Below are positions 18,648-28,698 of a stretch of DNA of 64,000 nt, one piece after another. Position 1 is the first letter of the stretch. Every line of letters begins with the position of its first letter. Below the pieces are notes generated by a model. The model was not told the DNA's origin and made no database searches. It saw only the letters and a program-made list of their open reading frames with translations. The position numbers and the translations under genes were made by a program. Source of the stretch: Candidatus Bathyarchaeota archaeon (lineage in GTDB: Archaea; Thermoproteota; CALKCG01; B24; DRYS01); contig JAGTQC010000005.1 in NCBI GenBank assembly GCA_018396535.1, positions 1 to 64,000 of the forward strand. Reading direction: 5' to 3'.

Positions 18648-20549
18648 ATGGCTGAATGGTATGGTTATACTGGTAGGATAGCCAGGGTTAACCTTTCAGA
18701 TAGCAGGGTATCCATAGAGGATGCTAAGATGGAGTATATCGATCTAGTACTCGGAGGTATTGGTTTAGCTTCGCTAATATTATTCATGGAGGTGGATCCT
18801 AGAATAGATGCTTTCGATCCATCGAATAAGCTCGTATTCTCTGTAGGACCGTTAACCGGTACTATGGTTCCAGGTTCATCGCGAACTACTATAGCATCTA
18901 GATCACCATTAACGCTTGGATGGGGTGAATCGCATCTAGGTGGATTCTGGGGTACGGAGCTTAAAAAAGCTGGTTTTGATGCTATTATAATCGAAGGGAA
19001 GGCCGATACTCCTACCTATCTATACGTAGAGGATGGTAGAATCGAGTTAAGAGATGCATCTAGGATATGGGGTTTAAAGACATCTAACGTAGAGAAGTCC
19101 ATAATATCCGAGCTAGGTGATCCAGAGATTAAAGTAGCTTGTATAGGTCCAGCTGGTGAAAGATTGGTTAGATATGCTTCCATAATAAGTGGTGAAAGAG
19201 TTGCGGGAAGAACGGGTTTAGGAGCTGTCATGGGTAGTAAGAAGCTTAAAGCTATAGCGGTTAGAGGTTTATTGCAAATTAGAATACGGTGGCCTGATAA
19301 ACTTAGATCCATGATATCCCGTCTCTATCCATCTATAATGTCCTTTCCCACTTCTCAGATACTATCATCGTATGGGACAAACGGTGAGATGGAGTCATTC
19401 TACCAGTATGGTGACGTACCTATAAGAAACTTCACTTTAGGTGAATGGGATGGTATACATAAGATTGAAGGCCAATATATGGTTGAAAATTATCTTAAAC
19501 GTCATAGAGCATGCTTTGGATGTCCCGTAGGCTGCTGGAAGGAGGCTAGAGTCGAAGATCCAAGGTATGGGCTGATCGAAGGTAGGATGCCTGAATACGA
19601 ATCTGCAGCTTCACTTGGCTCGCTTCTACTTAACAGCGATCCGGTATCTCTAATCTATATGGAGAAGTTATGTAACGAGTATGGTTTTGACGTTATATCC
19701 TCTGGTGTTACGATAGCATGGGCTATAGAATGCTTCACAAAAGGATTAATAACGGTTGAGGATACTGGTGGTTTGCAGCTTAGATGGGGTGATCCAGAGC
19801 TTATAGTTAATCTTCTCGAGATGATCGGTGAAAGGAGGGGGTTCGGCTACATACTCGGTGAAGGATGTAGGCTTGCATCTAGGATTATCGGACGCGGATC
19901 TGAGAAGTATGCTATGCATGTTAAAGGATTAGAGGTACCTATGCATGATCCTAGAGCCTTTAAAGGTATGGGGCTACAGTATGCTACATCCAATAGAGGA
20001 GCATGCCATTTACAGGGGCTTGTTATGAGGATAGAGCAAGGTGAAAGAATGCCTGATCTCAAAATATATCGTAGATTTTATAGGTTTGAGATCGAGGGTA
20101 AAGGATGGCTGGTAGCTACTATGCAGGATTGGCATCATGTAATAGAATCTCTAGGCCTTTGTAAATTTGTACAGATACCCCCGGGGCATATAGCTGGATT
20201 CTACCTTCTAGTAACAGGTATAGAGAAGAGGCTACCTGAACTACAGAAGTGTGGGGAGCGTATATCGAATATACAAAGAATATTCAATATAATAGCAGGT
20301 GTAACATCTGGGGATGATACTCTTCCAGATAGATTCCTATCAGAACCAGTCGTGGAGGGTGGTGCTAAGGGGGAGATAGTAGAGTTAAAGCCTATGTTAA
20401 AGGAGTATTACAAGGTTAGAGGATGGGATGAAAGAGGTATACCTACGAGAGAGAAGCTGGATGATCTATCTATACTAGGTATTATCGAATCTCGTCTAGA
20501 CTCTCTAGAGATAGATATATGGGGATATAAGCAATCTATACGATCCTAG
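18648..20549 (+). CDS. aor: Tungsten-dependent aldehyde:ferredoxin oxidoreductase family
   Basis: SPLT, GG.WG.ELK.AG.D, IGPAGE, AGRTGLGAVMGSKKLKAI, C..C..GC, PEYE, DVIS.G, RGACH, YY..RGWD..G.P. Confidence 0.9.
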   Translation: MAEWYGYTGRIARVNLSDSRVSIEDAKMEYIDLVLGGIGLASLILFMEVDPRIDAFDPSNKLVFSVGPLTGTMVPGSSRTTIASRSPLTLGWGESHLGGFWGTELKKAGFDAIIIEGKADTPTYLYVEDGRIELRDASRIWGLKTSNVEKSIISELGDPEIKVACIGPAGERLVRYASIISGERVAGRTGLGAVMGSKKLKAIAVRGLLQIRIRWPDKLRSMISRLYPSIMSFPTSQILSSYGTNGEMESFYQYGDVPIRNFTLGEWDGIHKIEGQYMVENYLKRHRACFGCPVGCWKEARVEDPRYGLIEGRMPEYESAASLGSLLLNSDPVSLIYMEKLCNEYGFDVISSGVTIAWAIECFTKGLITVEDTGGLQLRWGDPELIVNLLEMIGERRGFGYILGEGCRLASRIIGRGSEKYAMHVKGLEVPMHDPRAFKGMGLQYATSNRGACHLQGLVMRIEQGERMPDLKIYRRFYRFEIEGKGWLVATMQDWHHVIESLGLCKFVQIPPGHIAGFYLLVTGIEKRLPELQKCGERISNIQRIFNIIAGVTSGDDTLPDRFLSEPVVEGGAKGEIVELKPMLKEYYKVRGWDERGIPTREKLDDLSILGIIESRLDSLEIDIWGYKQSIRS

Positions 20550-20913
20550 GTACTAAAAGTATAGCCAATAAGATTAATATCAACGTTGTGATAGCTACTG
20601 CTAGACATATTCTATCCTCCTCGAATATAAGAACCAGTATGCCCAATATTATGCGTAGTACAGGTGTAGCTACCATAACTATGAGCCCTAGCATTATGAT
20701 GGATAAACCTTCGAGCATTATCAAACCCTTGTACAACATACTATAATCCAATGCACCCGTATTCACGGGTGTGTATGGATCTATAAGTATATCTATGGGA
20801 TATCCTAGACTATCTCCTTTAACAAACAGCAATGTTATACCTAGCATTATTAGGCCTATACTTATTATAGTGCAAATCTTTAGTATGCTGCTCAATACTA
20901 GTTCAAGCTTCAT
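20536..20913 (-). CDS. DUF1634 family membrane protein
   Basis: II.LG..V.VATPV.R motif, 3 TM helices; overlaps the tauE-like gene by ATGA. Confidence 0.75.
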   Translation of the reverse strand: MKLELVLSSILKICTIISIGLIMLGITLLFVKGDSLGYPIDILIDPYTPVNTGALDYSMLYKGLIMLEGLSIIMLGLIVMVATPVLRIILGILVLIFEEDRICLAVAITTLILILLAILLVPRIV

Positions 20914-21872
20914 CTAGCATCACCTATACGTGGGCTACGCAGTATAACGAATAATATGCAGATAGCTACTACCATACTTATGGCGTATTGTTGAATCCTA
21001 GGTATCGGTATGTATCCGCTCATATCGACACCCCGTAGAATCATATTAATGGATAGATACCCTAAGACCATTATGAAGATCTGCCTAACCCGTTTACCGC
21101 TTATCCTTGATAGGATTCTAGCTCCTATTCTAGCTCCTATCGACACTCCTATGATGGAAACCGCAGCTAGAATAGGATGTATATAACCTAGGCTCCAATA
21201 AATCATACTAGTTGTAGCAGATGTAGCTCCTATGATGAAACTACTCGTGGCAGTAGCGATTTTTATAGGTAGATTCATAGCCCAATCCAAGCCTACAACG
21301 TTGAAAGCCCCTCCACCTATACCTAGCATACCAGCGGAAAAACCTGAAAAGAATAGTATACACTCAGCTAGCCACCATCTAACGCCGTAGTACTCTACGA
21401 TACTCTTACATGATGAATCATAGTATTTACCGTATAGCTTGAATACTCTAGTTGTCCAATCTGGAGGCTTAACATTCGTAGGTTCCCCCCTCCCCCTTCT
21501 AACGGTGAGTATCATGGAGATTAGGCTCATAAATCCGAATACTATGTACATTAGCCATGTTAACCCAGATGAGTATACGTAGTGAGCTGTTAAAGCTCCT
21601 ATTACCGCCCCTATTATCGTCGATAATTCGATAACCATACCTATTCTCGCATTCGCTAACCCATTTTTAACGTATACGCTAGCTGCACTACACGATGTAG
21701 CTATGGTGGATATAGCCGATGCTCCGGTTGCATACTTAATCGGTACTCCCAAGAATAGTGTGAGTATAGGTGTAAGTAAAACTCCTCCACCAAGACCTAT
21801 TACAGAACCTATCACTCCTGCTAAAACTCCTACAGAAGCTACTTCTAAGAGTTCTATTAGCGCGGTTATGAT
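20910..21872 (-). CDS. Sulfite exporter TauE/SafE family permease
   Basis: GLGGG..LTP.L and GMLGIGGG repeats, A.ATS.F. The frame is open upstream of the track's GTG (21815) and encodes the first TM helix; putative start ATC 21872 after GGAGGTG. Confidence 0.82.
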   Translation of the reverse strand: MITALIELLEVASVGVLAGVIGSVIGLGGGVLLTPILTLFLGVPIKYATGASAISTIATSCSAASVYVKNGLANARIGMVIELSTIIGAVIGALTAHYVYSSGLTWLMYIVFGFMSLISMILTVRRGRGEPTNVKPPDWTTRVFKLYGKYYDSSCKSIVEYYGVRWWLAECILFFSGFSAGMLGIGGGAFNVVGLDWAMNLPIKIATATSSFIIGATSATTSMIYWSLGYIHPILAAVSIIGVSIGARIGARILSRISGKRVRQIFIMVLGYLSINMILRGVDMSGYIPIPRIQQYAISMVVAICILFVILRSPRIGDAR

Positions 21873-21954
21873 AGCTGTACACCTCCATAGATCTCTACCG
21901 TCAAATCTTCGCTTTGATTAACCTCGACATCGATGTAATAAGCTTTTGTAGTAG

Positions 21955-22341
21955 CTAACGATTACGGTAATACTCTGATTCTATCTTGAAAATCATCTCT
22001 GCTAGATCGTATACTACCGGTATCTTCCAATACTCTCCTCTATAGGATTTTACTAAACCTACTACCCATACTATGAAGAGCAGTAGTGCACATAGAGTGC
22101 TTATCAATCTTGATAGGATAACTCCTATCAATGGTATGATAGATAGCGTTAGGGAGATAACGCCCATAGATAACTCTACTACCACCGCTACTACGAAGAA
22201 TGATATCGATAGGTATGCCCAGTACGATGTGTACCTATACTGAGGCTTCATTACTAGAGCTAAAATCGCGCCTACTATCGTAGCAGCCCATGCTATGAGA
22301 GCCCATACCCTTTCATCTGACGTTAAGCTATCTATACTCAA
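21955..22341 (-). CDS. Small membrane protein (DUF4870-like)
   Basis: 3 TM helices, IP.IG, W..G..K...GE.WKIP.V..LAE. Confidence 0.65.
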   Translation of the reverse strand: MSIDSLTSDERVWALIAWAATIVGAILALVMKPQYRYTSYWAYLSISFFVVAVVVELSMGVISLTLSIIPLIGVILSRLISTLCALLLFIVWVVGLVKSYRGEYWKIPVVYDLAEMIFKIESEYYRNR

Positions 22342-22437
22342 AGCTAGAAGTATGATGGCTTCATGAACAGCTATATTTGGTTTTCTATAAACCAGAAGTT
22401 TTATCTATAGGACTATGTGTTACCGTTATCTAGCTCC

Positions 22438-23589
22438 ATGAGGATTTCTAGTCGTGTATCCTCGATAGAGCCTTCACCTATACGAAAGCTTATGGATAGG
22501 GTAGGCTCTATGAAGGATGTATTAGGGCTACATGTAGGTGAACCAGATTTCGATACACCTATTATCGTTAAGGAGGCAGCTAAGAAGGCTTTAGATGAAG
22601 GAGCGACACACTATACTTTCGCAGCAGGTATACCCGAGCTTAGAAAGGCTATAGCTGAGAAGCTCCTTAGAGAAAATTCTGTGAAGGCAGATCCAGAGGA
22701 TGAGATTACGGTTACTGTAGGTGGTTATGGAGCTTTATTCTCAGCTATACAAGCTCTCGTGGATATAGGTGATGAAGTTCTAATACCTGAACCTGCGTGG
22801 CCTGCTTATAGAGGCTTCGTTAGACTTGCTGGAGGAATACCCGTACCTGTACCGCTTAGACCTCCAGAGTATGAGCTAGATATAGGTGATATCGAAGATA
22901 GAATTACCGAGAAGACTAAGATGATTATAATTAATACTCCGAATAACCCTGTAGGATCCGTATATCCTATAGATACCCTTACTAGTATAGCTAAGCTAGC
23001 TTCTGAGAAGCAGATATACCTACTATCTGATGAGGTTTATGAAAGGATAGTTTTCGATGGTGTATCTCATTTCAGTCCAGCATCGATAGGGGATGCTAGA
23101 GAGTATACCATATCTATCTACTCGTTCTCTAAGACATACGCTATGACTGGTTGGCGTATAGGTTATGTAGTAGCATCTAGGAGTGTTACAAAAGCTATAC
23201 GCGTCGTACACTCTTATATGGCTTCATGTGTAAGCCCAGCTGTACAGATAGCTGCGTTAACTGCTCTTAGAGAGGCTGAGGATTACGTTAAATTCATGGT
23301 GAATAAGTATAGGGAGAGGAGGGATATAGCCTACGATCTTCTATTAGATATACCTAATGTAGATTGTGTTAAACCTAAAGGTACCTTCTATCTATTCCCA
23401 GATTTCAGTCGTATAGAATCCTCTTCTATGAAGCTTTCAGAGAAGCTTCTAGAGGAAGCTAAGGTTGCTACAGTTCCAGGTATAGCTTTCGGTGAAGCTG
23501 GTGAAGGTCATCTTAGAATATCGGTCGCAACTTCATCAGAAACTATAGTGGAAGCTATCGATAGGATTAGACGTATAATCCTAAATTGA
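22438..23589 (+). CDS. Class I/II PLP-dependent aminotransferase (aspartate aminotransferase-like)
   Basis: GEPDFDTP, NTPNNPVG, SDEVY, SFSKTYAMTGWRIG, P.GTFY, VPG.AFG. Confidence 0.9.
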   Translation: MRISSRVSSIEPSPIRKLMDRVGSMKDVLGLHVGEPDFDTPIIVKEAAKKALDEGATHYTFAAGIPELRKAIAEKLLRENSVKADPEDEITVTVGGYGALFSAIQALVDIGDEVLIPEPAWPAYRGFVRLAGGIPVPVPLRPPEYELDIGDIEDRITEKTKMIIINTPNNPVGSVYPIDTLTSIAKLASEKQIYLLSDEVYERIVFDGVSHFSPASIGDAREYTISIYSFSKTYAMTGWRIGYVVASRSVTKAIRVVHSYMASCVSPAVQIAALTALREAEDYVKFMVNKYRERRDIAYDLLLDIPNVDCVKPKGTFYLFPDFSRIESSSMKLSEKLLEEAKVATVPGIAFGEAGEGHLRISVATSSETIVEAIDRIRRIILN

Positions 23590-25809
23590 ACATGGTGTAG
23601 ATCTACCCCTAGGTTTTATGTCGAATTTAGCTTTAATTCTCATATCCAACACTGACTCTAGGATATCTAAGGCTGATCTCCTCGATAATAGCTTATTACC
23701 ATTTCCACAGAATGGATCGTATACGCATCTAGGGCATCCATCATCGCATGAACATTCTGAGAGCATTCTATACGATACTCTATGAGCTCTCTCTAAATTC
23801 CTGTACAATAGTTTAGCTAGCCCAGATCCTCCTGGTGTGGAATCGTACACAATTATATGTCCACTAGGATAGCTTATACCACCAAGATCTGTTAATCCTG
23901 CTCCAGCTACTATTCTAGCTGAATGTATCAATACATGTTCTAATGCGTGTAAGCCTTCTATATCGAATCCATCTCCATACATGGCTACCACGATTTTTGT
24001 CTTATACTTCCAGGATACAGGCTTATCTAAGTATCGTACCGACAAAGGCTGATCCGCATCCTTACCATAGAGGTCATGGATAACATAACCTACAACACTC
24101 CTAGTGATAAAACCATCACCATAGACTATAGGTATACCGTCTACATACCGCTCATCTTCTACATGTATATCATCTACATATGCTTCGTAGAGTGCTTTCG
24201 TATAGAAGCCTAGGTCATAGCCTATCCTTTTAACTCTAGCTATAAGTCTATCTAGATCTAGTTCTATAACTTCGTATACCTCACCCTGGTGGATGTAGAT
24301 AGCGTAAGGGTAGAGATCATGTAAAGCTGCTGGTAGTTCTCTAAACCCGATAATGCCCCTATCAGCATCGTATATCGATACTCTAGGACCCGCATTCCTT
24401 AATCCAGCCTCCTTCAAAACCCTCCATCCATCCTCTGTGAGTTTATAGTATCCATCATCTCTAACAACCCACCCAGCGGTAGTGAGCGTATCTAACAGAT
24501 TCCTCCACTCGATAGGCATTCTCCTATATACTCTTGCACCTTGAGCGATTATTCCTAGGATATGCAGCTTCGATATTTCATCATTATTCGGTTCGAATAC
24601 TATAGGAGTTAGCTCCTGCTCGTAGTATTCGCTCGGTGCTCTTTCGTAGTATGCATCTATAGGGTCGTCTCCGAGTATCATGAATACATAGCCTAAGCCA
24701 CGTCTCCCAGCTCTTCCAGCTCTCTGGAGATACTTTATATAGCTTGGGGGTGGCGCAGCCATGATAACAGCATCTAAACTACCTATGTCTATACCAAGTT
24801 CGAGAGTAGGTGTAGATACCGCTCCATCTATCATACCATACCTAAGCATAGTTTCTACCTTAACCCTCTCCTCCCTCGGTAAGCCAGCTCTATGTACATA
24901 GATATCGACCCCATAACGTCTAGCAAGCTTAGCTACTACCTCAGCCATCTGCTGACTATCGATGAAGGTTAACGTCTTTAATCCGTGAGAAGCTAGTATC
25001 GATATAAGCTTAGAAACTAGCGTCCACCTATTAAGTCTTCCAGCAGATATCATCGCATGGTAGATCGTACCCATCCTTCTCTGTGGGCCGTAGACTACTT
25101 TAACATCTCTCCCAAAGAGCATCTTACCAAACTCATATGGGTTGCCTATGGTTGCGCTGCTAGCTATAAACTGTAGCTTTCCAGCTGTTAGCTTTACCCT
25201 TTCAAGTATACATCTCATATGTGATCCGAAAGCTCCCTCGTAAACATGAGCTTCATCTAAGATTACTAATTCTACATCCCTAACGATCCTTCTGAATCTT
25301 GAAGACCCTGCTAAACCGTAGTGTATCATATCTGGGTTAGTTATGAGGATATGTGGAGGATCTTCAGATATCTTTCTCCGCTCAGATTCAGGTGTATCAC
25401 CGTCGAATACGGCTACTCTAAAACCAGATATGAAACCGAATCGAGCGAATCTACCAAACTGATCTCTAGCGAGAGCTTTAGTAGGGTATATTATGAGAGC
25501 TCTAACCCCATCCTTCAATACCCTATCGATTACCGGTACTATGAATGCTTCAGTTTTACCAGTAGCTGCACCGGAAACTATGAATGTATCATCCCCTCTA
25601 CTTATACATCTATAAGCTTCATACTGGAATCGGTAAAATCTTTCAAATCCGTGAAGTAGTAGAGTTTTAGAAAGGCTTTTGTGCAGATTTACCTCATCTA
25701 CTCTAGGACCATATTCAGGTCTACCCTCTTCCTCTACTCTATAATAGATTATTCTGCATTTATCGTGAAGTCTACGAATCTCCGTATCTATGATGGATAA
25801 TAGATCCAT
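23581..25809 (-). CDS. DEAH-box helicase with C-terminal DUF1998 Zn domain (Hrq1/SftH/MrfA-like)
   Basis: ATGKTE, YPTKALA.DQ, TNPDM, DEAH, SAT, TLELGIDIG, QRAGRAGR, H..EH, YD...GG.G, CSCDDGCPRC...C. Confidence 0.88.
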   Translation of the reverse strand: MDLLSIIDTEIRRLHDKCRIIYYRVEEEGRPEYGPRVDEVNLHKSLSKTLLLHGFERFYRFQYEAYRCISRGDDTFIVSGAATGKTEAFIVPVIDRVLKDGVRALIIYPTKALARDQFGRFARFGFISGFRVAVFDGDTPESERRKISEDPPHILITNPDMIHYGLAGSSRFRRIVRDVELVILDEAHVYEGAFGSHMRCILERVKLTAGKLQFIASSATIGNPYEFGKMLFGRDVKVVYGPQRRMGTIYHAMISAGRLNRWTLVSKLISILASHGLKTLTFIDSQQMAEVVAKLARRYGVDIYVHRAGLPREERVKVETMLRYGMIDGAVSTPTLELGIDIGSLDAVIMAAPPPSYIKYLQRAGRAGRRGLGYVFMILGDDPIDAYYERAPSEYYEQELTPIVFEPNNDEISKLHILGIIAQGARVYRRMPIEWRNLLDTLTTAGWVVRDDGYYKLTEDGWRVLKEAGLRNAGPRVSIYDADRGIIGFRELPAALHDLYPYAIYIHQGEVYEVIELDLDRLIARVKRIGYDLGFYTKALYEAYVDDIHVEDERYVDGIPIVYGDGFITRSVVGYVIHDLYGKDADQPLSVRYLDKPVSWKYKTKIVVAMYGDGFDIEGLHALEHVLIHSARIVAGAGLTDLGGISYPSGHIIVYDSTPGGSGLAKLLYRNLERAHRVSYRMLSECSCDDGCPRCVYDPFCGNGNKLLSRRSALDILESVLDMRIKAKFDIKPRGRSTPCSI

Positions 25810-25931
25810 AACACTCTATTCTCTTCCTTTATACCTATATATTCACTGAGCAGACCTATATCTTAACCTTAGCTTTAAAGGCTTCTAAACTTTATAGATC
25901 CACCACCCTGTATACATTAGGGTAGGGTAAT

Positions 25932-26372
25932 ATGATGCATGGTTTAAAGTTAATAACAATATACAGGCTCTTCTTTAACGATTATAGAGGGTTGGGTAGC
26001 GAATACCCTCCAGATAAGAGTAAGATAATACAGCATATCTTTCGCCATGCTCTTACACAAACGTTTAGTGAATCTTTTTTCAACATGTTCTCGTATTATT
26101 TAGGTGTCAAATGTAAAGGGGATATATTTGATTTCTTCTTAAGAAACCCTGGAAAGGTCTATGATATTATAGCAGATATATATGGTGAGGCTGCCGCTCG
26201 TTATATTTTCCGCTCTATATACATATACATCCTACGGAATACAAGTATAGATGTAGATTTCAATTTATTCTTAGAATATGTAAAACGTGGGGATCATAAT
26301 TGGGTAGACTTCATAGCGGATGTTTGCCGCAGATTCTCTAAGCATCTACCTAAGGATCGTTATAAGAGGTAG
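25932..26372 (+). CDS. Hypothetical protein (small helical domain)
   Basis: 146-aa ORF filling the gap; NP..VY..I..IYGE.AA..I pattern; AT-richer than its neighbours. Confidence 0.5.
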   Translation: MMHGLKLITIYRLFFNDYRGLGSEYPPDKSKIIQHIFRHALTQTFSESFFNMFSYYLGVKCKGDIFDFFLRNPGKVYDIIADIYGEAAARYIFRSIYIYILRNTSIDVDFNLFLEYVKRGDHNWVDFIADVCRRFSKHLPKDRYKR

Positions 26373-26496
26373 AGCCGCTATCCTATAGGTATGGAATCAG
26401 TTTTAAAGCCATGTTCATGCATAGATTAATTGCATCATCTACCAATCAATTATATTTGTCTCTACAGAGTATATAGGGTTAACTAGGTGTATAACC

Positions 26497-27378
26497 TTGC
26501 CTTTAAATGAGGTTGTAGGCGAGCATGAATTCTATTGCTGCGGCACTAGGATACTGCTTAAGCATGGTGAGCTTAAAATACTATCAGAACCTAAGATAGC
26601 CTATTGTCCTCTACTAGAATCTATGTATGGTGTACGTGAGGTAAATATCGAAACAGTTAAGCGTATAGTCGAGGAGAAGATTAGAAGCTTCGGCTTCTGT
26701 TGCAGGTATCGTATTTTCGATTCATCTATGGTTGTTCCTTATGGCAGCTCTGAAATAATCTCTGTATGCATGCATCTCGGGCTTATAGATTGTGGTGTAA
26801 TAGTATGTGATGGAGCCGGTACGGTGATAACATCTAACCCTAAGCTTATACAGGGGATAGGTGCTAGGCTTACAGGTATAGTGAGGACGAGCCCTATCCA
26901 TAGTATCATAGACTATGTTAAAGGTATGGGCGGGTTCATCCTCGAAGAATCTACGGCTAAGATAGATCAAGTTAAGGGTGTTGCTAAAGCTATCGAGTTA
27001 GGGTATAAGCGTATAGCTGTCACGATTGCTGGTTTCGATTCAGCTTCTATAGAAGCTATAAGGCGTATTGAATCTGAGAAAGGGGTGGAAGTAGCTATAT
27101 TCTCCGTATGTAATACTTGTGCTTCTAAAGATGATGCTATAAGGATAGCATCTGGAGCTGATATAGTATGTGCTAGTGCTTCTAGGGTGGTCAGGGAGAT
27201 AATAGGTTCTAGAGCTGTCATGCAGCTGGGCGTAGGCATACCTGTATACGCTTTAACTAAGCTAGGTAAAAAACTCCTGCTCTCATACCTAACGGTATTC
27301 GAAGATAAAATAGTAGCTTTCAGAGTTCGTAATCTACCCTATATAGTCGAGGGTAGGATGCCTGTAGTAAGGGAGTAA
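26497..27378 (+). CDS. DUF2099 family protein (methanogenesis marker protein 8-like)
   Basis: EP.I.YCPL, I..FG.C..R, V.YG.SE, VIVCDGAGTV, QGIG.RL.G...TSP, A.IDQ..GV, D.V.A.AS. Confidence 0.8.
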   Translation: MPLNEVVGEHEFYCCGTRILLKHGELKILSEPKIAYCPLLESMYGVREVNIETVKRIVEEKIRSFGFCCRYRIFDSSMVVPYGSSEIISVCMHLGLIDCGVIVCDGAGTVITSNPKLIQGIGARLTGIVRTSPIHSIIDYVKGMGGFILEESTAKIDQVKGVAKAIELGYKRIAVTIAGFDSASIEAIRRIESEKGVEVAIFSVCNTCASKDDAIRIASGADIVCASASRVVREIIGSRAVMQLGVGIPVYALTKLGKKLLLSYLTVFEDKIVAFRVRNLPYIVEGRMPVVRE

Positions 27379-27419
27379 AAATTTAAGTTATCGAATAGTT
27401 TCGTTTCTCCACCAGATCT

Positions 27420-28664
27420 ATGAATATCCTTCCCATAAGGCATAGTCTACTTAAGGGTGTGGATAGAGACGTATACTTATTAGTCTCATCGATGTTCCTT
27501 AGACGGGTAGTTCAAGGCTTTCTACAAATTGTACGTACAATATACCTTGCTCTTATAGGCTTCGATCCCGTAACCATAGGATTGATAACAGGTGTAGGAA
27601 CTATCGTTAGCATGATAGAACCAGCAGTATTCGGCCTCCTCTCAGATAGATATGGTCGAAAGCTATTCATGGTTCTAGGTAGTTTAACATCCTCTATTAG
27701 ACTCCTATTATATGCTGTAAGTAGGGATTTCTGGGTTCTAGTAGTGGCTCAGGGTATAGGAGCTTTAGGTGAGGGAGAAGGTGCAGGTCAACCTGTAGTT
27801 TCAGGTTACATCGCCGATAAAGTTAAGGATAGGGTTAAACGTACCCGTATATTCAGCCTAATAGCTATCACTAATTCCTTAGCTACGACGATCGGATCGT
27901 TATTAGCTGCTACGCCAGTATACTTCGAATCCGTATTTAAGCTTAGTAGAGCTGATGCGCATATACCTTTATTCTGGATCGGCGTTATCCTAAACGTATT
28001 TTCGCTTATCGCTGCTTTTCTTCTAAGAGAATACCGCCGAGATCTTAGGGTAGCGGTGAGGTATATCGCGTCGTCTCGAACAACCCTAAAGGAGATAGCG
28101 CTATACTCTATGGTCAGATCTACCGATGGGTTAGCTATGAGTTTCGTTTCATCTTTAGCCCCCCTCTACTTCTATCTTAGATTTGGTGCTGGCTCTGAGG
28201 ATTTAGCACTTGTTTACGCTATAGCTAGGTTTCTACCTATACCATTATACTTCGTAGCTCCGTTAATAGTGGATAGATTGGGTTATGTAAAACCGTTGAT
28301 AATGGTGAAAGCAGCTTCAGGTCTATCAGCTTTATCTATAGGTTTATCGTGGAGTTTCGAGCTATCTAGTATATCCTTCATAAGCTACTCAGCATTAACA
28401 GAGATCGGTATGCCTATAAGGCAGGCTTTCGCTACAGAGATAGCTGGTCTATCTATCGTAGGTTCGCTTGTAGGTATATCCAACTCGATAAGGAATATGG
28501 TTAGATCTATAGCTCCTATAATAACTGGTTATCTGTTTCAATTTTCATCCTTCAGTCTACCTTTCACTATAGGTTCATTCTTATTCATCTTGAATTCTCT
28601 TCAATTCCAATTCTTCTATTCTAAGAGGGATCCCAAATCTAATTCATCTACATCCAGGATCTAA
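27420..28664 (+). CDS. Major facilitator superfamily transporter
   Basis: G.LSDRYGRK and VDRLG motifs; about 12 TM helices. Confidence 0.88.
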   Translation: MNILPIRHSLLKGVDRDVYLLVSSMFLRRVVQGFLQIVRTIYLALIGFDPVTIGLITGVGTIVSMIEPAVFGLLSDRYGRKLFMVLGSLTSSIRLLLYAVSRDFWVLVVAQGIGALGEGEGAGQPVVSGYIADKVKDRVKRTRIFSLIAITNSLATTIGSLLAATPVYFESVFKLSRADAHIPLFWIGVILNVFSLIAAFLLREYRRDLRVAVRYIASSRTTLKEIALYSMVRSTDGLAMSFVSSLAPLYFYLRFGAGSEDLALVYAIARFLPIPLYFVAPLIVDRLGYVKPLIMVKAASGLSALSIGLSWSFELSSISFISYSALTEIGMPIRQAFATEIAGLSIVGSLVGISNSIRNMVRSIAPIITGYLFQFSSFSLPFTIGSFLFILNSLQFQFFYSKRDPKSNSSTSRI

Positions 28665-28698
28665 GCTTTTATCCTAGTATGCATCGAGATATCTATCC

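Noticed and set aside
23581-25809. DUF1998 helicase as part of a DISARM/Druantia defence system
   Set aside because: No methylase, PLD nuclease, SNF2 helicase or other defence gene is adjacent; it fits a stand-alone Hrq1/SftH-type repair helicase.
26397-26438. Possible C/D-box sRNA on the minus strand (ATGATGC...CTGA)
   Set aside because: Imperfect box C, no clear D' box, only about 42 nt, and AT-rich guides with no evident rRNA/tRNA target.
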